Source: an uncultured Fibrobacteria bacterium (GTDB taxonomy: Bacteria; Fibrobacterota; Fibrobacteria; UBA11236). Taken from it: a stretch of 64,000 nt of DNA. Below are positions 40,202 through 51,263 of the stretch, one piece after another. Each line of letters opens with the position of its first letter. The first letter of the stretch is position 1. The stretch covers positions 3,296,001 to 3,360,000 of the forward strand of contig OY970309.1 of NCBI GenBank assembly GCA_963716395.1, written 5' to 3'. The position numbers and the translations under genes are program-made. The notes beneath the pieces are model-generated. The model was given only the letters and a program-made list of their open reading frames with translations, searched no databases and was not told where the DNA came from.

Positions 40202-41425
40202 ATGTCGAAAGGAAAAATCGGAATCGCCGTTGCGGTCGTCGTTGTGGCGGCCGGCTTTTATTGGTGGTGGAGCCGCCGCACGCCGGAAATCCACTGGCGC
40301 ACGTCCACGGTGGAACGCGGACCCATTCAAGTGACCGTCACTTCCACCGGCTCGTTGGCGGCCGTCGATACTGTGGACGTGGGCACCCAGGTTTCGGGGA
40401 TCATCTCCGAATTGGACGCCGATTTCAACTCGCATGTCAAGAAAGGGCAGGTCATCGCCCGCATCGACACCACCACACTGCACGCTTCGCTGCAATCCGC
40501 CATCGCGGAGTTGGCCAGCGCCCAGGCGCAGTCGGCCAAGGCCGATTCGGATCTAAACCGGGCCAAGCCGCTGTTTGCCAAAGGGTTGGTCGATCAGGCC
40601 GACCTGGACCAGGCCGTAGCCAATGCCAAGGTCGCCGCCGCCAGCGTGCAATCGGCTCGGGCCGATTTGGAGCGTGCACACATCAATCTGCGCTACGCCA
40701 CCATCACCTCCCCCATCGACGGCATCGTTTTGGATCGGGCCGTGAATCTGGGCCAAACCGTAGCCGCCAGTTTCAATACCCCTACCCTCTTCCTCATCGC
40801 CAAGGATTTGCACCAGATGCAGGTGCTGGCCTCGGTGGATGAAGCCGATATCGGGCAGGTGAAGGTGGGGCAGCATGTCACTTTCACCGTGGACGCCTAT
40901 CCCGACACAGAATTCACCGGGACGGTCAATCAAATCCGTCTGGCGCCGATCGTTTCGTCCAATGTCGTGACCTATAACGTGGTGATCGGAGTGGCCAACC
41001 CGGCGCTCAAACTGATGCAGGGCATGACGGCGAACCTGACCATTGTGGTCAAAGAAAAAAAAGATGTTCTGCTGGTTCCGGCTGCCGCCATGCAATTCCA
41101 GGCGCCGGCCATGTTGCGGAACGCGCGGAGCAAGGCCAAACCGGATTCCACCGGTCGGCATGCCGGCGGTGCCTGGGCCGGTGCCGCGGGCGGGAACGGC
41201 GCGGCTTCGCAACCGGATGAATCCCGCGGACACGTTTTTCTTTTGCAGAACGGCCAATTGAAATTCACTCGCGTGCATACCGGACTCAGCGACGGTACCA
41301 AAACCGAAATCGAAGGCGCGGTGAACGCCGGGGATACCGTGGTGATCGGGGTCGAAACCATCAAGGGCGGTGGTAGCGCCAAACCCTTCGGCATGGAAGG
41401 ACACATGCACGGAGGCTTCCACTAG
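40202..41425 (+). CDS. MacA-like periplasmic adaptor subunit
   Basis: VGTQVSG, VKKGQVIARID, ITSPIDG, GQTVAASFNTPTLF and VDEADIG. Confidence 0.92.
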   Translation: MSKGKIGIAVAVVVVAAGFYWWWSRRTPEIHWRTSTVERGPIQVTVTSTGSLAAVDTVDVGTQVSGIISELDADFNSHVKKGQVIARIDTTTLHASLQSAIAELASAQAQSAKADSDLNRAKPLFAKGLVDQADLDQAVANAKVAAASVQSARADLERAHINLRYATITSPIDGIVLDRAVNLGQTVAASFNTPTLFLIAKDLHQMQVLASVDEADIGQVKVGQHVTFTVDAYPDTEFTGTVNQIRLAPIVSSNVVTYNVVIGVANPALKLMQGMTANLTIVVKEKKDVLLVPAAAMQFQAPAMLRNARSKAKPDSTGRHAGGAWAGAAGGNGAASQPDESRGHVFLLQNGQLKFTRVHTGLSDGTKTEIEGAVNAGDTVVIGVETIKGGGSAKPFGMEGHMHGGFH

Positions 41426-42180
41426 TGCCCAATCCCATTCTTGCGGTGCGCGGACTCACCAAGACGTACCAAATGGGTGAAACCACCGTGCACGCCCTGC
41501 GTGGCGTCGATCTCGACATCTATCCGGCGGAATTCGTGGCGGTGATGGGCCCCAGCGGTTCCGGAAAATCCACCCTGATGAATATTCTGGGGTGCCTCGA
41601 CGTGCCCACCGCGGGCAAATATCTGCTCGACGGCCGCGAAGTGCAAAGCCTGACGCGCGACGATCTCTCCCGTATGCGCAACCGCAAACTCGGTTTCGTA
41701 TTTCAATCCTTCAACCTGCTGACGCGCACCACCGCTCTGGAGAACACCGAATTACCCCTGCTGTATCGGCGCGACGTCGCTCCGGCCCAAATCCAGAAAC
41801 GGGCGTTGGAAGCCCTGGCCTCGGTGGGGTTGGCGGGACGCGCGGGACATTACCCCAACCAACTTTCCGGCGGTCAGCAGCAGCGGGTGGCCATCGCCCG
41901 ATCCATGGTCAATGATCCGGTGGTCATCCTGGCCGATGAACCCACGGGCAATCTCGACACCCGCACCAGCATTGAAATCATGGGACTGTTCCAGGGCCTG
42001 AACCTTCGCGGCATTACCGTGCTGCTCGTCACCCATGAGCCCGACGTGGCGCGGTTTGCCAACCGGCATGTGGTGGTGCGCGACGGCCGCATCGTAAAAG
42101 ACGCGCCCAATTCCAACACCTTGTCGGCCAAAGAGGCGCTGGCCAATTTGCCGCCCGTTTCGGTCGAGGAAGTGATTTAG
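41425..42180 (+). CDS. MacB-type ABC ATP-binding protein
   Basis: GPSGSGKST, LSGGQQQRVAIAR and DEPTGNLD. Confidence 0.93.
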   Translation: MPNPILAVRGLTKTYQMGETTVHALRGVDLDIYPAEFVAVMGPSGSGKSTLMNILGCLDVPTAGKYLLDGREVQSLTRDDLSRMRNRKLGFVFQSFNLLTRTTALENTELPLLYRRDVAPAQIQKRALEALASVGLAGRAGHYPNQLSGGQQQRVAIARSMVNDPVVILADEPTGNLDTRTSIEIMGLFQGLNLRGITVLLVTHEPDVARFANRHVVVRDGRIVKDAPNSNTLSAKEALANLPPVSVEEVI

Positions 42181-42182
42181 CC

Positions 42183-43403
42183 ATGCGCCCCACGGCTTTG
42201 CTCATCATCGCCCTGCGGTCCCTGGCGCGCAACAAGCTGCGCACCATCCTGACCATGCTCGGCATCATCATCGGCGTGGCCGCGGTGATCGCCATGCTGG
42301 CGGTGGGCCAAGGCGCGCGCGCCGCGGTGGAAAGCTCCATCGCCAGTCTTGGCAGCAATGTGATCATCGTCTTTCCCGGCGCCTTGAACCAATCGGGTGT
42401 GCATCTGGAAGCGGGATCCGTGAGCCGTTTCACCGAATCTGATGCCGATTTCATCCGGCGCGGAGCGGATGCGGTGAAATACATCACCCCCATGGTGCGC
42501 ACCGGCGTGCAGTTGAAGGCGGGGAACCAGAATTGGCGCACCAACGTCTATGGAGTATACCCGGAATATCTGCAAATCCGGCTTTGGCCCGTGGTTTCGG
42601 GAGTGCCCTTCACCACTTCGGATGAGCGGGGCGCCACCAAGGTCTGCGTCATCGGCAAAACCGTGTCAGATAATCTTTTCGGCGAAGGTGTGGATCCGGT
42701 GGGGCGCACCATCCGCGTCAAAAATGAACCGTTCAAAGTGATCGGAATATTGGAATCCAAGGGCCAGAATGCTTTGGGCCAGGATCAGGATGATATCGTC
42801 ATCGCCCCCTATTCGACCATTCTGCACAAGGTGCTGGGCGGGATTTATGCGCAGACCTTCTTTGCCTCGGCGGTCTCCGAAGCCGCGATTCCCGAAGCCT
42901 CGGCGGAAATCGAACAGATATTGCGCCAGCACGAACGCATTCCCGAAGGCACGCCGTCGGATTTCACCATCCGCACGCAAACCGACATCGCCCAGGCCGC
43001 CACCTCGACCTCGCAGACGTTGACCGTGCTTTTGGCCAGCATCGCGGCCATCTCCCTGTTGGTGGGCGGCATCGGCATTATGAACATCATGTTGGTTTCC
43101 GTGACCGAACGCACGCGCGAAATCGGCATCCGCCTGGCGGTGGGGGCGTTGGGGCGCGACATCCTGCTCCAATTTCTCGTCGAAGCTCTCGCCATCAGCG
43201 TCATCGGCGGGCTGCTCGGCGTCACCTTTGGGGTGGGCACTTCGACGTTTCTCGCCACCACCCAGGGTTGGGCTGTGCAAATTTCACCGGTTTCGATTGT
43301 CGTGGCCTTCGGATTCTCCGCCGCCACGGGAATTTTCTTCGGCTGGTACCCGGCGCGCAAAGCGGCCGGGCTCAATCCCATCGACGCGCTGCGCTACGAA
43401 TAA
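42183..43403 (+). CDS. MacB-type ABC permease
   Basis: RTILTMLGIIIGV, GGIGIMNIMLVSVTERTREIG and PIDALRYE. Confidence 0.93.
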   Translation: MRPTALLIIALRSLARNKLRTILTMLGIIIGVAAVIAMLAVGQGARAAVESSIASLGSNVIIVFPGALNQSGVHLEAGSVSRFTESDADFIRRGADAVKYITPMVRTGVQLKAGNQNWRTNVYGVYPEYLQIRLWPVVSGVPFTTSDERGATKVCVIGKTVSDNLFGEGVDPVGRTIRVKNEPFKVIGILESKGQNALGQDQDDIVIAPYSTILHKVLGGIYAQTFFASAVSEAAIPEASAEIEQILRQHERIPEGTPSDFTIRTQTDIAQAATSTSQTLTVLLASIAAISLLVGGIGIMNIMLVSVTERTREIGIRLAVGALGRDILLQFLVEALAISVIGGLLGVTFGVGTSTFLATTQGWAVQISPVSIVVAFGFSAATGIFFGWYPARKAAGLNPIDALRYE

Positions 43404-43643
43404 TTTCGTTGCCAAGCAGTTTGCTTTGCGCTGCGGCGATTCCGCCGCTTCCCTAAACCTCGAGCCTTTGTCATTCTGGGTATTTCTTTGGAATAAATGT
43501 CACAGAATTATTGCCGTTACTACAAAATCAGACCTGCTGGGTTAATGGATCGGGATTTCCACAAAATTACCCGTTTCAATTTATGGCAGAAGCTTTGCTT
43601 GTCAATAAAACCAGGAAAAGAAATTTTTTGAAAGGAACCGAAG

Positions 43644-45077
43644 GTGATCGCCAAGTTAGCCAGTCTTCATGTTTCAGGAAAACTTCTCGTGGCCCTATTC
43701 TTCCTGGGCGGAATAGCGGGACACGCCGAAGAACCGTTCAAAGGTCAGGAAGAAGCTGTTTTGACCTCTCCGCCCTTGGTTCCGCCTCCCATTACCCGGA
43801 AATATCGCACGAAAATGATCGTTCACCTCGAAGTGATGGAACGGGTGGGAGAGTTGGCTCCGGGAGTGCAGTACAACTTTTGGACCTTCGGCGGTACCGT
43901 GCCGGGCAAATTCATACGCGTACGCGAAGGCGATGTAGTGGAAATGCATTTGTCCAATAATCCGGCCAATAAAATGCCGCATAACATCGACATGCATGCC
44001 GTCATCGGCCAGGGCGGAGGTGCCAGCTCTTCCATCACGGCTCCGGGGCACAGTTCAACGTTTTCTTTTACGGCCCTGCACCCGGGCCTGTTCGTATACC
44101 ATTGCGCCACCGCGCCCGTGGGCATGCATATCGCCAACGGCATGTACGGCCTCATTCTGGTGCAACCGAAGAACGGCTTGCCCCCTGTGGGTCGGGAGTA
44201 TTACGTCATGCAATCCGAGTTCTACACCAAAGGCCCCTATGGCCAGGAAGGTTTGCAGGGCTTTGACATGAACAAAGCCATTCACGAACAACCCGAATAC
44301 GTGGTGTTCAACGGGGCGGTGGGAGCCTTGACCGGCGACAAAGCGTTAACGGCCAAGGTGGGAGAGAAAGTACGGTTCTACGTCGGCAATATCGGACCCA
44401 ATTTTGTTTCCTCCTTCCACGTCATCGGAGAGATTTTCGATAAGGTGTATCGCGAAGCCGGATTCAAGTCAATCGAAGAAAACGTCCAAACCACCTTGAT
44501 CCCCGCGGGCGGTGCCACGGTGGTGGAACTGAAAATGGCCGAGCCGGGCACCTTTCTCTTGGTCGATCACTCGATCTTTCGGGCCTTCAACCAAGGTTGC
44601 CTGGGCATGGTGAAAGTGACGGGTCCGGAAAACAAGGAGATCTATTCCGGCAAGATCAGCGACGATGTGTACCGGCCCGAAGGCGCGACCATTCAATCCA
44701 TCGGCGCCGCGCCGACTCCGCCGCATGGAATTTGGGACAAAGCCGCTTTGATGGAACGGGGGCAACACGTTTTCGAACAGGTTTGCGCGGCCTGTCATCA
44801 ACCCGACGCCCAGGGAGTTCCCACCGCCTTCCCGCCTTTGGCAAAGTCGGACTTCTTGATGGCAAATAAAAAACGGGCCGTCGACATCGTCATGAACGGC
44901 CATAGCGGCGAAATCACGGTGAACGGAATGAAATTCAACGGCGTCATGCCCAAACTCGAATTGGACGACGCTTCCATTGCCGCCGCTTTAACCTATGTGC
45001 GCAACAGTTTCGGCAATGCGGCCGGAGATTCGGTTTCGGTCGACGAGGTCAAGGCCGAACGGGCCGCGCAAAAATAA
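43644..45077 (+). CDS. nirK: Copper-containing nitrite reductase with C-terminal cytochrome c domain
   Basis: HNIDMH, YHC..H..GM and SSFHVIG copper ligands; C-terminal CAACH and GVMP. Confidence 0.94.
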   Translation: MIAKLASLHVSGKLLVALFFLGGIAGHAEEPFKGQEEAVLTSPPLVPPPITRKYRTKMIVHLEVMERVGELAPGVQYNFWTFGGTVPGKFIRVREGDVVEMHLSNNPANKMPHNIDMHAVIGQGGGASSSITAPGHSSTFSFTALHPGLFVYHCATAPVGMHIANGMYGLILVQPKNGLPPVGREYYVMQSEFYTKGPYGQEGLQGFDMNKAIHEQPEYVVFNGAVGALTGDKALTAKVGEKVRFYVGNIGPNFVSSFHVIGEIFDKVYREAGFKSIEENVQTTLIPAGGATVVELKMAEPGTFLLVDHSIFRAFNQGCLGMVKVTGPENKEIYSGKISDDVYRPEGATIQSIGAAPTPPHGIWDKAALMERGQHVFEQVCAACHQPDAQGVPTAFPPLAKSDFLMANKKRAVDIVMNGHSGEITVNGMKFNGVMPKLELDDASIAAALTYVRNSFGNAAGDSVSVDEVKAERAAQK

Positions 45078-45135
45078 ACCTCCCCGTCCGCAGATGACGG
45101 ACATCGGCAGACGGGATTTCGGCCTGGAGGGGTGA

Positions 45136-45915
45136 TTGAAAACGGCGCGCGTCTTGGTTTTGGTGCTGCTGCCGCTTGGCTTTCGGCTTAGCGGCGCGGC
45201 TTCACGGGATACCAGCGCCATGTCCCTGGTGCCCGGCGGCGTATTCACGTTGCCCTTTCATCGCGACACGGCGGCGGTTACCGTCACCGTGTCCCCTTTT
45301 TACCTCGATGTGCATGCGGTGACGGCCGCGGAATACTCCGCGTTTCTGCAGCGTCATCCCCGCTTCCAACCCGCGCATATCGGCCGCCTTCTCGCCGAGC
45401 AAACCTATTTGCGTGCGTGGAAGAGCGGGCTACCGCCGCAGGCCTTGAAGTCGCCCGTCACCGACATTTCCTGGTACGCCGCCAAAGCCTATTGCGCCGA
45501 TCAAGGCAAACGTTTGCCGACCACGGCCGAATGGGAATGGGCCGCAAAGCCGTTGCCGCTGGGCATGGACAGCGCCGCTTTTCTGCAAGCCGTCATCGAT
45601 TGGTACGGAACGCCCATGCGTACTCCTCCGCCGGCGGTCGGTTCGGGAACCAGGAACCTTTACGGCATCGAGGATCTCTTCGGGGTGATTTGGGAATGGA
45701 CCTCGGATTTCAACGCCTTTGGGTTCACGGGCCTCAATGATCAAAGCGCCGAAAGCCGCGGATTGTTTTGCGGAGCCGGTACCACGAATGCGGCCGGATT
45801 CGCGAACTATGCCACCTATATGCGTTGGGCGTTTCGCTTGAGTTTGCAGCCGGATTACACCGAAGAAAGCCTGGGCTTCCGTTGTGCACGGAACGCCGCT
45901 GCAAACGGAGGTTAA
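45136..45915 (+). CDS. Formylglycine-generating-enzyme family (NirV-like) protein
   Basis: PVTDISWYAAKAYC, KRLPTTAEWEWAA, GVIWEWT and GFRCA; directly follows nirK. Confidence 0.85.
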   Translation: MKTARVLVLVLLPLGFRLSGAASRDTSAMSLVPGGVFTLPFHRDTAAVTVTVSPFYLDVHAVTAAEYSAFLQRHPRFQPAHIGRLLAEQTYLRAWKSGLPPQALKSPVTDISWYAAKAYCADQGKRLPTTAEWEWAAKPLPLGMDSAAFLQAVIDWYGTPMRTPPPAVGSGTRNLYGIEDLFGVIWEWTSDFNAFGFTGLNDQSAESRGLFCGAGTTNAAGFANYATYMRWAFRLSLQPDYTEESLGFRCARNAAANGG

Positions 45916-45917
45916 AC

Positions 45918-46535
45918 ATGCGGCTCGGAATCGCTATAACGGCTTTGGTGATTTCGTCGTCGCCCGCCAGGACTGCGTCAACGCCTGTTCCTGAAACTTC
46001 GATTTACCAGCTCGCCTCGACTTGGCAAAAAGACGATGGCGAAAAAATTCACTTGCAGGATTTGGGCGGCGAGGTGCGGGTGCTGGCTCTGTTTTTCACC
46101 CAATGCAACGGCATCTGCCCGCTCATCGTCTCGCAAATCAAACAGGCGGAGCATGCGCTTCCGCCCCGCCTGCAAGGCAAGGTGGGTTTCACCTTGGTGA
46201 CCTTGGACCCCGAAGAAGACAGCCTTCCGGCATTGACGGCCTATCGGGAAAAAATGGGCCTGTCGCAACCGGAGTGGGTGCTGTTACGCGGTAACCTGGA
46301 TGATACTCGCGAATTGGCCAACCTTCTCGGCGTTTCCATCGGCACCGAAAGCGACGGCCAAATTCCGCATACGGCCCTGATCGTCATTCTTGATCGCGCC
46401 GGCCGCATCGTGGGGAAGTATCCCGGCATTTCCGACCGCCGCGCTTTTCTGCGCCGCTTGCAACAAACCGTAGATCGGAATAAGGCAAGCACCGGCGCCA
46501 CAACTCACAGCCGCGAGATCAGCAACTCGCGCTGA
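45918..46535 (+). CDS. SCO1/SenC copper chaperone family protein
   Basis: FTQCNGICP (CxxxC), TLDPEED and conserved His in IPHTA. Confidence 0.88.
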   Translation: MRLGIAITALVISSSPARTASTPVPETSIYQLASTWQKDDGEKIHLQDLGGEVRVLALFFTQCNGICPLIVSQIKQAEHALPPRLQGKVGFTLVTLDPEEDSLPALTAYREKMGLSQPEWVLLRGNLDDTRELANLLGVSIGTESDGQIPHTALIVILDRAGRIVGKYPGISDRRAFLRRLQQTVDRNKASTGATTHSREISNSR

Positions 46536-48280
46536 AAGATCAATTCTTTGGGCAGGTGCTCGTACAACTTCACAAAGAGTTCGTCCTGCGAAATAACCTC
46601 GCGTTTCCAAGCGTTCAAATCGATGGCCTGCAAGGCGTCGAACTCGGGCCGGGTGAAATCCATGCCGCGCCAATCCAGGTCCTCGTAAAATGGCATCCAG
46701 CCGAGCGGCGTTTCCAAGGCTCCGCAGCGGCCGCGGCAGCGATCGATGATCCACTTGAGCACGCGCATGTTTTCGCCGAAACCGGGCCACAGAAAACGCC
46801 CCGCCTCTTGCCGGAACCAATTGACGTGGAAGAACCGCGGCGGATTCAGCAGGCGTTTGCGCATCTTAAGCCAATGGGCCAAATACTCGCCCAGGTTATA
46901 ACCGCAGAACGGAAGCATGGCCATGGGGTCGCGACGCAACACGCCGGTGGCGCCGGCCGCCGCGGCCGTGGTTTCCGAGGCCAAGGTGGCGCCGAGGTAT
47001 ACGCCGTGAATCCAATTGAAGGCCTGGCACACCAGGGGCATATTGGTGGGCCGCCGGCCTCCGAACACGATGGCGCTGATAGGCACGCCCTCCGGGGCAT
47101 CCCAAGCCGGATCGCGCGACGGACATTGTTCAATCGGCACCGTGTAACGCGCATTGGGATGGGCTGCCGGGCGGCCGCAGCCCGGAGTCCATTCCTCTCC
47201 GCGCCAATCCAGGATTTTTCCCGCAGGCGGAGCGGATAACCCTTCCCACCACACGTCGCCGTCTTCGGTCATGGCCGTATTCGTGAATATGGCATTGGCC
47301 CGCAACGTCTTCACCGCATTTTGGTTGGTGAGTTCCGAAGTTCCGGGAGCCACCCCGAAAAACCCGGCTTCGGGATTGATGGCGTACAGGCGGCCATCCG
47401 GGCCGGGATGCATCCAGGCGATGTCATCGCCCACGGTCCACACCTTCCAACCCGCCATGGCTTGCGGCGGTGACAGCATGGCGAAATTGGTTTTGCCGCA
47501 TGCGCTGGGGAAGGCCGCCGCCACATACGTCTTCTCCCCTTCCGGCGACTCGGCTCCGAGAATCAGCATGTGCTCGGCCAGCCAGCCTTCTTCACGGCCC
47601 ATGACACTGGCGATGCGGAGCGCGAAACATTTTTTTCCCAGCAAGGCATTGCCGCCATAGCCGCTGCCGTAAGACCAGATTTCGCGGGTCTCGGGAAAAT
47701 GCACGATGTATTTCGTAGTGGGATTGCTCGGCCACGGGACATCGGCCTCGTTATCCCCGAGCGGTTTGCCCACCGAATGCAGGCAGGGAATGATCTCACC
47801 GCCCGCCGGCACCTGTGCTAAGGCAGCGGGACCGGTGCGTGTCATGACATCCATGCAGTACGCCACATAGGGCGAGTCGGTTATTTCTACCCCCACGCGC
47901 GCAGAGGGCGAACCCACTGGCCCCATGCTGAAGGGAATCACGTACATGGTCCGGCCGCGCATGCTGCCTTGGAAAGCATCATGCAGTAATGCGCGCATGC
48001 GCTCCGGCTCCATCCAATTATTGGTGGGCCCGGCTTGCTCCTGGGTACGCGCGCAGATATAGGTGCGATCTTCCAAGCGCGCCACGTCGTCGGGCGTGGA
48101 ACGCGCCAAATAGCATCCGGGTCGCTTGGCGGGATTCAGAGGGAAAAAAGTACCCCGTTGCACCAATTCCGCGGCCAAGGCTTCATGGTCCTCTGTGCTT
48201 CCCGTATACCATTGCACAGCAAGGGGTTGGCACAATGTTTTAATCTTGTCCACCCATCCGGTCAATTCCTCCTTTTTCAC
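46505..48280 (-). CDS. pckG: Phosphoenolpyruvate carboxykinase (GTP)
   Basis: [39 protein letters not shown] and [11 protein letters not shown]. Confidence 0.96.
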   Translation of the reverse strand: MKKEELTGWVDKIKTLCQPLAVQWYTGSTEDHEALAAELVQRGTFFPLNPAKRPGCYLARSTPDDVARLEDRTYICARTQEQAGPTNNWMEPERMRALLHDAFQGSMRGRTMYVIPFSMGPVGSPSARVGVEITDSPYVAYCMDVMTRTGPAALAQVPAGGEIIPCLHSVGKPLGDNEADVPWPSNPTTKYIVHFPETREIWSYGSGYGGNALLGKKCFALRIASVMGREEGWLAEHMLILGAESPEGEKTYVAAAFPSACGKTNFAMLSPPQAMAGWKVWTVGDDIAWMHPGPDGRLYAINPEAGFFGVAPGTSELTNQNAVKTLRANAIFTNTAMTEDGDVWWEGLSAPPAGKILDWRGEEWTPGCGRPAAHPNARYTVPIEQCPSRDPAWDAPEGVPISAIVFGGRRPTNMPLVCQAFNWIHGVYLGATLASETTAAAAGATGVLRRDPMAMLPFCGYNLGEYLAHWLKMRKRLLNPPRFFHVNWFRQEAGRFLWPGFGENMRVLKWIIDRCRGRCGALETPLGWMPFYEDLDWRGMDFTRPEFDALQAIDLNAWKREVISQDELFVKLYEHLPKELIFQRELLISRL

Positions 48281-48354
48281 CGGATCATTCCTTTATTAGT
48301 TTTTTTTCGCCTTTTAAAAATGCTTCGTGTGTCAAATCGGAGGGTACGGGTGAC

Positions 48355-48819
48355 ATGACGCAGGCTCAACTGGAAGATATCCGTAAGGTTTTGGATCGGC
48401 AAGGTACGACCGATCCCTCTTTCGACTGCATTGCCGGCCGCTTGTTGCAAACCTTTGATGTCCAAATGGCGTCCATCCACACCTTGGATCCGGCCACCGG
48501 CATGCTCAAGCTGCGTTGCCAGCGCGGCCTTGACCCCAAGGCGGCGGAAAAAATCCGTTTTTTATGCATGGGTAAAAGCCTGCCGGGTAAAGCCGCCGCG
48601 TTGCGTCAACCTGTACAAGACCATAATACTTCGGTAACGGGAACCTTTTTTCCCGAATACGAGGTGTTCCCCAGCGGCGCCCTCTTCGTACCCATGATCA
48701 ACGCCTCGATCCTGACCGGCGTGCTGGGAATCGCCAAAGGCTTTCATCAACAATTCGCTCCGGATTTCATCGCTTCCCTGACTGCGGTAGCCCGACTCAT
48801 CGCCTCCTATCTTAAATAA
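48355..48819 (+). CDS. Stand-alone GAF domain protein
   Basis: SIHTLD..LKL, GKSLPGKAA..QPV and FVPM..GVLGIA pattern. Confidence 0.7.
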   Translation: MTQAQLEDIRKVLDRQGTTDPSFDCIAGRLLQTFDVQMASIHTLDPATGMLKLRCQRGLDPKAAEKIRFLCMGKSLPGKAAALRQPVQDHNTSVTGTFFPEYEVFPSGALFVPMINASILTGVLGIAKGFHQQFAPDFIASLTAVARLIASYLK

Positions 48820-48827
48820 TCTCCGGC

Positions 48828-50294
48828 ATGTTTTCTGCTTGGGATTGGTTGGTGGTCGCGTCGTATTTCGCGGCCATGGCGGGCATCGGTTTTTATTTCT
48901 CCCGGCGCAACCGCAATTTCGAAGATTTCATGTTCGGCGGGGGCGATATGCCTTGGCTGGCCGTGGGCGTTTCTCTCATCGCCACTTCGGTCAGTGCCAG
49001 CACCTTTCTCGGCTACCCCGCCGATTCCTACGCCCAGGACATGCGGCTGATCATGCTCAATGCGGGATCGCTGTTGGCCATCGGCATCATCGCGATTGTA
49101 TTCATTCCCCGCTTCCGGCGGTCGCACATCGATTCGGCCTACGAGCTGTTGGAGAAACGGTTTTCCCGGCCGGTGCGCAAGCTCGCGGCCGTCTTGTACT
49201 CGCTGCACTTGCTGCTGCGCATGGGTTTGCTCATTTATGTGCCGTCTTTGGTGCTGAAAGACATTCTGCACGCGCCGCTGTGGATTTCGATTTGCATCAT
49301 GTCGGCAGCCGCCATTCTGTACACCTATCACGGTGGTCTCAAGGCCGTGACCTGGACCGACGTGATCCAATTCTTGATCTTCTTCGGCACGGGTTGTCTC
49401 GCCTTGTGGATTTGCGCCCAGCGCATCGGATCGTGGCATGAAGCCTTTCACGCCGCTTCTCTGGCGGGTAAAACGCGCTGGCATGATTTCACCTTTGACC
49501 CTGCGAGCGCGCGCAATTTCTGGAGCGCGGGCGTGGTTTATGCCTGCTTCGAGGTGGCCATTCGCGGCTGCGATCAGCAATTCGTCCAGCGCTATCTTTC
49601 TTGCCGCAATGTGCGCGAAGCCAACTTCTCGTCTTTTCTCTCGGGCCTTTTGGGCATCGCGGTGGGTCTGACTTTTTTTCTGCTGGGCGCATTTCTGTTC
49701 GTTTATTACCAGGTGAAACATGCGGCGCCGCTCCCGGTCCACGATGTGAATCAGGTCTTTCCCTATTTCATTCTGACCACGCTGCCGCCGGGGACGAAAG
49801 GGGTTCTCGTCGCGGCCCTGCTGGCCGCGGCCATGAGTTCGCAGAGCTCGGCGCTGACCGCGCTTTCCAATACCACGGTGATCGATTTTCTTGGCCCCAC
49901 CCGGGAAAGAGGATTGCGGTCGGCACGGAAATGGGTGGTGATTTGGGGAATCCTGGGAGCGCTGGCCGCGTTCATCTGCACCCTGGGCAACATCTCCATT
50001 CTGACCAAGGCCTTATTTTTCACTTCGCTGTTTACCGGCCCTTTGCTCGGACTTTTTCTGCTGGCGTTTTTCCGGCCCGGACTCAATCCTCAAGCCGTGT
50101 TGTATGCGGCGGTGGGTGGAATGCTTTTCCTCTTGTTGTTTTTGAAAATCCCCGTGTTGCCGGCGCAGGCCTGGAAGCCCGTGTACGAGGTTTCGTGGCC
50201 GTGGAATCCGTTGATTTCAACGACGGCCACGGTGGTATTCGCCCAGGTTTTAAATCCGTTTTTCCCGAAGCGAACGGCCCTTCCGGCCGGATGA
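48828..50294 (+). CDS. Sodium:solute symporter family transporter
   Basis: SLIATSVSASTFLG.P, YELLEKRF, GGLKAVTWTD, DQQFVQRYL and AAAMSS. Confidence 0.92.
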   Translation: MFSAWDWLVVASYFAAMAGIGFYFSRRNRNFEDFMFGGGDMPWLAVGVSLIATSVSASTFLGYPADSYAQDMRLIMLNAGSLLAIGIIAIVFIPRFRRSHIDSAYELLEKRFSRPVRKLAAVLYSLHLLLRMGLLIYVPSLVLKDILHAPLWISICIMSAAAILYTYHGGLKAVTWTDVIQFLIFFGTGCLALWICAQRIGSWHEAFHAASLAGKTRWHDFTFDPASARNFWSAGVVYACFEVAIRGCDQQFVQRYLSCRNVREANFSSFLSGLLGIAVGLTFFLLGAFLFVYYQVKHAAPLPVHDVNQVFPYFILTTLPPGTKGVLVAALLAAAMSSQSSALTALSNTTVIDFLGPTRERGLRSARKWVVIWGILGALAAFICTLGNISILTKALFFTSLFTGPLLGLFLLAFFRPGLNPQAVLYAAVGGMLFLLLFLKIPVLPAQAWKPVYEVSWPWNPLISTTATVVFAQVLNPFFPKRTALPAG

Positions 50295-50311
50295 AAATCC
50301 GCGGAAGATCT

Positions 50312-50932
50312 TCACCGCAAGTACCACACGTTGACACAGGCTTGAATCACGCCGATGGCGATGCCCAAGGCTGCGCCGATCCAGGCGATCTCGCCGAACT
50401 CGCGGCGGCCGATCTCTTCGATGATGTCGTTGAGCTGGGTCACGTCGAAAGCCAGGATGTTGCGGCGGATGGTGTCGCGCAAATCGATTTTGTTTTCCAG
50501 CGACAGCACCAGTTGCCGCAAGAAAGCATCGCTTTCCCCGGCCAAGGCTTCGGCGATTTTGTCGCGGATGCCGTGCAATTTTTCCGGGCTGACGAAAGCC
50601 TTGATGAAGGGCATGGAGTCCAGAACTTCGCCCAGCTTCTCCTCCCACTTCTCCATGAGCAAAAGGCGCAGCGCTTCCTTGGGATCGGCCTGGGCCAGGA
50701 AATTCATGATGTCTTGTTCGGTTAAAAATTTTTGCGCGATGGCCGTGGAGATGCGATCGGCCAATTCGGCCTGTCGGCGTGGCAACAGCCCCTGGATTTT
50801 AAGACCCAAAACCCTGACCGGCCGCACCGGCTTCAACAGCAATTTGACCGCCAGCCAATTGGTGAAATAGCCGTGCGCACCGGCCAACAGCATGGGCAGC
50901 AAGATCAACGTCGCAATATGGTCCCAATGCAT
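50312..50932 (-). CDS. DUF445 family membrane-anchored protein
   Basis: GYFTNWLAVKLL.KP, QGLLPRRQ and IGAALGIAIG. Confidence 0.85.
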   Translation of the reverse strand: MHWDHIATLILLPMLLAGAHGYFTNWLAVKLLLKPVRPVRVLGLKIQGLLPRRQAELADRISTAIAQKFLTEQDIMNFLAQADPKEALRLLLMEKWEEKLGEVLDSMPFIKAFVSPEKLHGIRDKIAEALAGESDAFLRQLVLSLENKIDLRDTIRRNILAFDVTQLNDIIEEIGRREFGEIAWIGAALGIAIGVIQACVNVWYLR

Positions 50933-51263
50933 GGTTTCCTCTCGATCTTTGGGGCTGCAAAAATAGCTCGCCGGTCCGCAAACGCGGCTCTGATCACATC
51001 CGAGCTTCGGCGCGGTAACGGAAAGGCTACCCGCCGGCGATCCGCATGGATTCGCGGTTGCCCGGGGGATAACTTGGGAATACCTTGCAATTCGGATCGG
51101 GAATAATTAAAGTTTCCGGACAATCATCCTCTCCCGATTTCCTCGATTTCCGCGAATCGCACTTCTGCTTCGTTGACACCCTTGGACGCCGGGCGGCCGT
51201 TTTCGGGGAAACTCCCCGCGCCCGATAAGGTTTTGATTTAACCGGCAACCCCAAGGAGTCGCC

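Noticed and set aside
43404-43643. FNR/NsrR box upstream of nirK
   Set aside because: AT-rich, but I could not find a convincing TTGAT-N4-ATCAA or NsrR palindrome.
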